DNA of 44,266 nucleotides from a virus: IMG/VR virus record IMGVR_UViG_3300045988_092115, positions 1 to 44,266 of that record; one strand, 5' to 3'. Shown piece by piece: positions 40,174 to 44,266 of this stretch (position 1 is its first letter; each line of letters starts with the position of its first letter). The notes under the pieces were generated by a model. It saw only the letters and a program-made list of their open reading frames with translations, ran no database searches and was not told where the DNA came from. The position numbers and the translations under genes were made by a program.

Positions 40174-40476
40174 ATATCCCCGTTAAATAGTGATTTAAAT
40201 GGCTTTCACGTATACGCTAATATTTCTGATCTAGGGCTTTCAAACGGTGTTACAGTGAATGATATATTGTCAAAGATGCCTGAACCATCAATGGGATTCT
40301 TTTATGTTTTTGATAATAACATCAGTAAGCTCCCTATAACAACACAGGCGAATTTAATAATATTTAAGAGCGGATCTGCAAGTGATATCGTCGAACGTTC
40401 AATCTGGACAGGCGAAACATATTTTGGAAAATACGGAGGTGCTAATAAAGTGGAATCTTGGGTGCTGATAAAGTGA
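40174..40476 (+). other. Silent, start-less alternative tail-fibre C-terminal cassette (cassette B)
   Basis: Open frame from 40174 (after a TGA) to the TGA at 40474-40476: ISPLNSDLNGFHVYANISDLGLSNGVTVNDILSKMPEPSMGFFYVFDNNISKLPITTQANLIIFKSGSASDIVERSIWTGETYFGKYGGANKVESWVLIK. It has no ribosome-binding site or ATG at its head. It lies tail-to-tail, 4 nt from the stop of 40481..41077. Confidence 0.7.
40187..40199. repeat. Inverted repeat, left copy (atagtgatttaaa)
   Basis: Perfect reverse complement of 40776-40788. Flanks extend the match to 17 of 19 positions. Confidence 0.9.
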
Positions 40477-40480
40477 TTTA

Positions 40481-41077
40481 TTAAACCATTTTTTCAAGCT
40501 GAACATGATAACTCGTCCATATATTACGATTACCATCATAATAAACTAGAATACGTTCAGAAGCATCGTACTTAGTATATTCCTGTATTAAGTATTGAGA
40601 TCCGATACCAACACTAAGATAAACTTTCATTGTAAAAGCAAATTTTAAAGGGCTATTTTTTAATGTTTCAGCATTAGTGTTGCTTGCACAATAATAATTT
40701 CCAGGAGTTAAATAGGTGTGCATATCTGAATTATTTGGAATCAATGTTTGGTTTCCACTCAAAGACCACATATTCTTTAAATCACTATATAGCGAGTTGA
40801 CACCACTGGATAAGTCAGTCATGCCACCGGTCAGCGCCTTGGTTCCTACCTTTGTTTCAGCATCCGAAAGGCGGCTTTCCTGGCCCTGTATAACATCAAC
40901 AGCAGCATTTAACAGATTTGTCACTCTCATTATTCCCTGTTCCGCGTGATTAAGGTGTTCAGCGTCAATGTCTGGTTCTGAGTTGTCAACATACTCGGTG
41001 GGGACATATGCTTCTATTTTTTCAAGCGCAGATGCAAGTGCTTGTGCTACAGGTAAAGATACGTTTTCTTCACTCAT
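40481..41077 (-). CDS. Tail fibre / receptor-binding protein with knob-like C-terminal tip (cassette A expressed)
   Basis: 198 aa. The N-terminal constant part contains DIDAEHLNHAEQGI. The C-terminal LTPGNYYCASNTNAETLKNSPLKFAFTMKVY...IWTSYHV resembles pyocin/phage fibre knob domains. Confidence 0.7.
   Translation of the reverse strand: MSEENVSLPVAQALASALEKIEAYVPTEYVDNSEPDIDAEHLNHAEQGIMRVTNLLNAAVDVIQGQESRLSDAETKVGTKALTGGMTDLSSGVNSLYSDLKNMWSLSGNQTLIPNNSDMHTYLTPGNYYCASNTNAETLKNSPLKFAFTMKVYLSVGIGSQYLIQEYTKYDASERILVYYDGNRNIWTSYHVQLEKMV
40776..40788. repeat. Inverted repeat, right copy (tttaaatcactat) inside the fibre gene
   Basis: It encodes Y-S-D-L-K at about residue 94-98 of the 198-aa protein. 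Confidence 0.9.
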
Positions 41078-41088
41078 AATAATCTCCT

Positions 41089-42042
41089 TTATTTACTTAT
41101 TTTTATAGATATAACGCTTATACCTCGTCCAGTTCCACTTGCTGGCGGTATGCCTATGCCAACGCAAACGTATTTCAATTTTGATGGATCGGTTAAATTA
41201 AATGTTTGCTCGGTATATGATCCTTCCGAAACCGGAAGAACAAAAGATTCACTATAACCAATTTCCGCAGTATTTACATTCCAGTTTTCATCATAAGGAG
41301 AATCCAGATTTTCCATTAAAAAAATTCTGTTTCTATCACTGTAATACCAATTGCTGGTTCGGTATAATATTGTTACTTTTTTTGCTCCTTGCATTTCTAT
41401 AGGAGTTGTAAAGAAAACTCCAAAAAAAGCATAACCACCGCTTGAACTTCTGTATGATATAAGTCTAAAAGAAATGTTGTGGCTCGGGTCTTTTGTGTAT
41501 GCTTCATCGTTATCGGCCCATGTTATAAATTTGTCACTTCCGTTTCCGTGGTAAGCATAACTATAATCTCTTACAACTCCTACTTGACCTGGTCCAAATA
41601 TTCCGAACCAATACGGACAAAGCTCATCATTATTTACATAACCTTGCCATTCTCCAGGCACAGTCCCTATAGATGCTCCTGCTCTTATATTCTCTGGCTT
41701 AAGATTCTCCACACCATTTACCGTTATGTCCCCAGTCATATACTTACCAGATACATTGAGTAATGAGCCGTTTGCGACCGGATTAACCGTCATAGATCCC
41801 TGCGTAGCAATGTTTTGAGTTACCGCAGATCCTGCATCGACATATCCAGCCGGAATAACATACGTCTCATTGGCTGCAAGCACCTTACTGATCTTTCCAA
41901 TTTTTTTCTGAGTTCCGGTCTGAATTTCATCGGTTCCAGATCCATAAAACTTTTCTCCTGCAACAACGTCTGCTGGTGTGGCTGTAAGATCTGAAATATC
42001 TACTGCGCCGCCCTGGCGCTTAATAATGCACTCTCCCATCAA
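41089..42042 (-). CDS. Tail fibre protein (long paralogue)
   Basis: 317 aa. The N-terminal ~130 aa are homologous to the 135-aa ORF upstream. The C-terminal half is AT-rich and unique. Confidence 0.65.
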   Translation of the reverse strand: MMGECIIKRQGGAVDISDLTATPADVVAGEKFYGSGTDEIQTGTQKKIGKISKVLAANETYVIPAGYVDAGSAVTQNIATQGSMTVNPVANGSLLNVSGKYMTGDITVNGVENLKPENIRAGASIGTVPGEWQGYVNNDELCPYWFGIFGPGQVGVVRDYSYAYHGNGSDKFITWADNDEAYTKDPSHNISFRLISYRSSSGGYAFFGVFFTTPIEMQGAKKVTILYRTSNWYYSDRNRIFLMENLDSPYDENWNVNTAEIGYSESFVLPVSEGSYTEQTFNLTDPSKLKYVCVGIGIPPASGTGRGISVISIKISK

Positions 42043-42446
42043 CTGTACCCCTCATAAGTTCCGGTAACTCCAAGTATAGTTACGCCTTTTTTGATGTTTT
42101 CTGGCTTAAGTCCGGTAAGTGGTTCCACATATACATCGCCCGTCATGTATTTGTTCGCAGTTTGCACAGTCTGTTTTTCACTGGTTGGATATACGGTACC
42201 GCCTGAGCTTGTCTGCAAACTCTGTACCACCTTGCCGTTTCCAGAATGGATACCTTGCGGTATGGTGTAAGATCCATTCAGCGGTAGCGTTACTGTTTCT
42301 GCCGCAATCTCGGTAACAGTTCCTGTCTGTATGCTGTCGCTTCCGGATCCATAAAACGTTTTCCCATTCCTAACCTTATCCGGCGTAGCCGTAAGCTGTG
42401 AATCATCAAAACCAGACCCGCCACGTAATACTATCGCATCTGCCAT
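42039..42446 (-). CDS. Tail fibre protein (short paralogue)
   Basis: 135 aa. It shares LTATP..V..GK.FYGSG.D.IQTGT ... KYMTGD..V..L..LKPENI..G..I.GV.G with 41089..42042. Confidence 0.65.
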   Translation of the reverse strand: MADAIVLRGGSGFDDSQLTATPDKVRNGKTFYGSGSDSIQTGTVTEIAAETVTLPLNGSYTIPQGIHSGNGKVVQSLQTSSGGTVYPTSEKQTVQTANKYMTGDVYVEPLTGLKPENIKKGVTILGVTGTYEGYS

Positions 42447-42448
42447 AC

Positions 42449-42913
42449 CTACACTCCTTTTATAGCTACGGTAAAATCTACCGTCGGCTTTGAGTTATAG
42501 CAATAAAGTGCAAGCTGGCCGCCTCCGGAAACAGCGCGATCAACATATCCATATGCTTTGCCTTGCGCCTTTGCATCTGAGGATGTGGTGCCGTCTGCAA
42601 TATGTAAAGATATGATAGGCACATCGTTTACCGTCATACCCTGTACTACAACACGCTGAATATAAGGTGCGGACTGAGACCAATCAGCGGCCTTAAATGT
42701 GGCATACCGCAACTTTTGTATGTCCTCTATATCATCGGCATTTTGGTTAACCGCCTTATTTGTTGCATTAACATCTCCTGCACTGTAAATATCGCCATCT
42801 TGCGTGTAATCAGTGACATCATCAAATGATACTGTTCCATCATCATTCTGGATCATTCGATAGCGCCGTTTCCCAGAATAAATATCATCCTTATAATCCG
42901 TTTTTAAACTCAT
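42449..42913 (-). CDS. Tail fibre-region structural protein
   Basis: 154-aa ORF translationally coupled to its neighbours. Confidence 0.55.
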   Translation of the reverse strand: MSLKTDYKDDIYSGKRRYRMIQNDDGTVSFDDVTDYTQDGDIYSAGDVNATNKAVNQNADDIEDIQKLRYATFKAADWSQSAPYIQRVVVQGMTVNDVPIISLHIADGTTSSDAKAQGKAYGYVDRAVSGGGQLALYCYNSKPTVDFTVAIKGV

Positions 42914-43350
42914 AGATTAACTCTCCTGTTTCCAAAGCCGCGAGATCCAAGATTAAAGCTCAGATGATTCAGCCCCGGCTCAATTTTTTCTGCAATCATC
43001 CCGATATCGTAAATGATCTGTTCTATGGCATTTGCCTGCCAAATGGACGTATACGTTATCTTTGCAGGGGTCAAAGGGGTGCTGACCGGTGCATAAAACG
43101 CGGATCGAATAGAATTGATGTTTGATCTAAGGCGTTCCATATCTTTTTCAGTGCGGAAATCATTCATGCTCCAGTTCGTTTTGTTCCGCGTAGTGTTTTT
43201 GTACCCACACCGATTTAAAAAATAAGACACCCATTTTACTGCCGTTTCTACACGGTTTAAATCCTGATAGTCTATATAAGCTTTCTTAGTAAGAGACTCA
43301 ATATCGGCCTGAGTCCGATCAAATATAAGCCCATTCAAAATGTCACTCAT
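42910..43350 (-). CDS. Tail fibre/baseplate-associated protein
   Basis: 146 aa with FDRTQADIESL...YQDLNRVETAV...MNDFRTEKDMERLRSNINSI, a pattern common in Firmicutes prophage fibre regions. Confidence 0.55.
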   Translation of the reverse strand: MSDILNGLIFDRTQADIESLTKKAYIDYQDLNRVETAVKWVSYFLNRCGYKNTTRNKTNWSMNDFRTEKDMERLRSNINSIRSAFYAPVSTPLTPAKITYTSIWQANAIEQIIYDIGMIAEKIEPGLNHLSFNLGSRGFGNRRVNL

Positions 43351-44122
43351 GAATCGTCACCTTTGCTTTTATTGCATTTCCAAAACTGTAGTCTACGCTT
43401 TCAATTACACCTGACTTTTTTCCATCATATCCGGTGTCGATTTCAACTCGCTGACCGACAACTTTATCTTTTAGTAAAACATCTCCGGTAACGCTTTCGG
43501 CGCGCATATAGTACCGATAGATCCGGTCTATGGCCTGCTCTGCATTTTGTGCATTTATAAGCGTAGCATCAGTAACTTCTTTAATGTTTTTATTAAATAC
43601 AATGTCAGGATTTTCCTTTAAAATCTGGCTTGTATTATGGATATATTTCTTGCCTATTATAGTAACTTTTTCTCCGGTTCCAGATACCACCACATAGTTT
43701 GCGCCACTTTTTACTACGGCACCTCCAGAAACAGAAAGGTCATGGTAAGGTTCTGAAAAAACTATCTCAGCCGTTCCAGAAAGTGTCTCGTTATAGATTT
43801 CCTGTGTTTCAGCTGACGGCTGATATGTATGTGTTGTAAGCCTTATACCGGTCACGATATCAGAGCGTTCCAGGGTTACGCCGTCAAACGTATCTGATGC
43901 CGGAAATGTTCCTGTTACATCATTCTGTTGCGGATACATTGCTACGCCATCTACGTTCGATGTGTCAACTATAGCTCCTATCGCAAACGCAATCTGCACC
44001 AGAGCATTACGCTTTGTGGTATATGGTATGTACCCGTAAAGAGCCTGATCTGACAAGGACGGGTCTATAGCGCAGGTAAAGTCCTCACCAGAAAAGATAT
44101 CGGCTACCACATCTTTTACCAA
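43343..44122 (-). CDS. Tail tip/baseplate protein, second reading frame (own TTG/GTG start or frameshift continuation of the wrap-around gene)
   Basis: 259 codons from the TTG at 44122. The frame is open upstream to the TGA at 44177-44179 and encodes plausible protein (GNEYVGGIYSGELVKD) before the TTG. Confidence 0.65.
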   Translation of the reverse strand: MVKDVVADIFSGEDFTCAIDPSLSDQALYGYIPYTTKRNALVQIAFAIGAIVDTSNVDGVAMYPQQNDVTGTFPASDTFDGVTLERSDIVTGIRLTTHTYQPSAETQEIYNETLSGTAEIVFSEPYHDLSVSGGAVVKSGANYVVVSGTGEKVTIIGKKYIHNTSQILKENPDIVFNKNIKEVTDATLINAQNAEQAIDRIYRYYMRAESVTGDVLLKDKVVGQRVEIDTGYDGKKSGVIESVDYSFGNAIKAKVTIHE

Positions 44123-44266
44123 CTCCCCAGAGTATATCCCACCGACATACTCATTTCCGTCAAGGACACCCAGCGCATCATGCGCATCCAGGTAATAATC
44201 AAAGACATTTTTCCTAGCTCCATTTTTAAGGTAAAAGTTCCCAATCAGATCATTATCAAAAAAAAC
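44116..44266 (-). CDS. 3' end of the wrap-around tail gene that starts at 954
   Basis: The frame carried from base 1 (= 44167) continues ...DAHDALGVLTEMSMSVGYTLGSW and stops at the TAA at 44118..44116. Total length is 334 aa. Confidence 0.65.
44167..44265. repeat. Terminal direct repeat, copy 2
   Basis: Identical to bases 1-99. Confidence 0.95.

Larger units (their letters stand above)
40187..40788. other. Putative invertible DNA segment (602 bp) switching the tail-fibre tip
   Basis: The segment is bounded by the 13-bp inverted repeats. Both repeats start at codon position 2 of an ..AT AGT GAT TTA AA. (x-S-D-L-x) reading frame. Confidence 0.6.
1..44266. mobile_element. Complete temperate siphovirus-type phage genome, linearised inside a tail gene
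   Basis: All modules are present in one window: integrase, CI/Cro-like HTH pair, ImmA-like protease, recombination/replication genes, terminase, portal, capsid, tape measure, tail fibres, holin-like and endolysin-like genes. The first 99 nt are repeated exactly at the end. No sheath gene was seen. Confidence 0.85.

Noticed and set aside
38389-40200. Gin/Hin/Cin-type serine invertase or a gix/hix-like site next to the invertible segment
   Set aside because: No ORF with a serine recombinase N-terminal catalytic motif is present. The 13-bp repeats do not resemble the 26-bp gix/hix consensus as I recall it.
40109-42446. Diversity-generating retroelement as the source of tail fibre variability
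   Set aside because: No reverse transcriptase ORF exists anywhere in the window, and I found no template/variable repeat pair with adenine-specific differences. The variation mechanism supported by the sequence is inversion.

Overview
The window is one complete, gene-dense temperate siphovirus-type phage genome. Bases 1-99 recur exactly at 44167-44265, so the unique length is about 44.17 kb, and the linearisation point lies inside a tail gene. The host is probably a Firmicutes/Clostridia-like bacterium; this is inferred from cell-wall-binding repeats, an ImmA/XRE switch and spore-protein-like cargo. Most genes are on the minus strand. In transcription order (high to low coordinates) the modules are: cro-like early operon (35460 to ~32200); recombination/replication (32220 to 26190: SSAP-like, RecE-type PD-(D/E)XK nuclease, HerA-like ATPase, resolvase, replisome organiser); small regulators and a radical SAM gene (25925 to 22870); packaging/head (TerS-TerL fusion, portal, MuF/gp7-like, scaffold, capsid); head-tail joining; tail (major tail, chaperones, 886-aa tape measure); and tail tip/fibres wrapping through the window junction to 40481. 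The plus-strand lysogeny module (35684-39471) holds a CI-like repressor, an ImmA-like protease, membrane cargo and a tyrosine integrase. It is followed by a candidate attP: a tRNA 3' fragment flanked by 22-bp direct repeats. One intact tRNA (anticodon CAT) sits in the late region. The strongest hunt result is a Mu G-segment-like invertible tail-fibre tip at 40187-40788. A start-less alternative C-terminal cassette lies tail-to-tail with the expressed fibre gene. It is bounded by 13-bp perfect inverted repeats that sit in the same codon phase in both. No serine invertase is present; the only recombinase is the integrase, whose gene ends about 0.7 kb away. Other notable items:
- a terminator-bounded six-ORF cassette of spore-surface-like and low-complexity proteins inside the structural region
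- a ~49-bp element present twice, 7.6 kb apart
- a phased hexamer array plus a five-copy 11-bp palindrome
- an AT-rich mosaic beta-helix tailspike in the head module
- dispersed lysis genes
- a recombination scar with a truncated C5-methyltransferase

All family assignments come from motif recognition by eye. No database search was possible.
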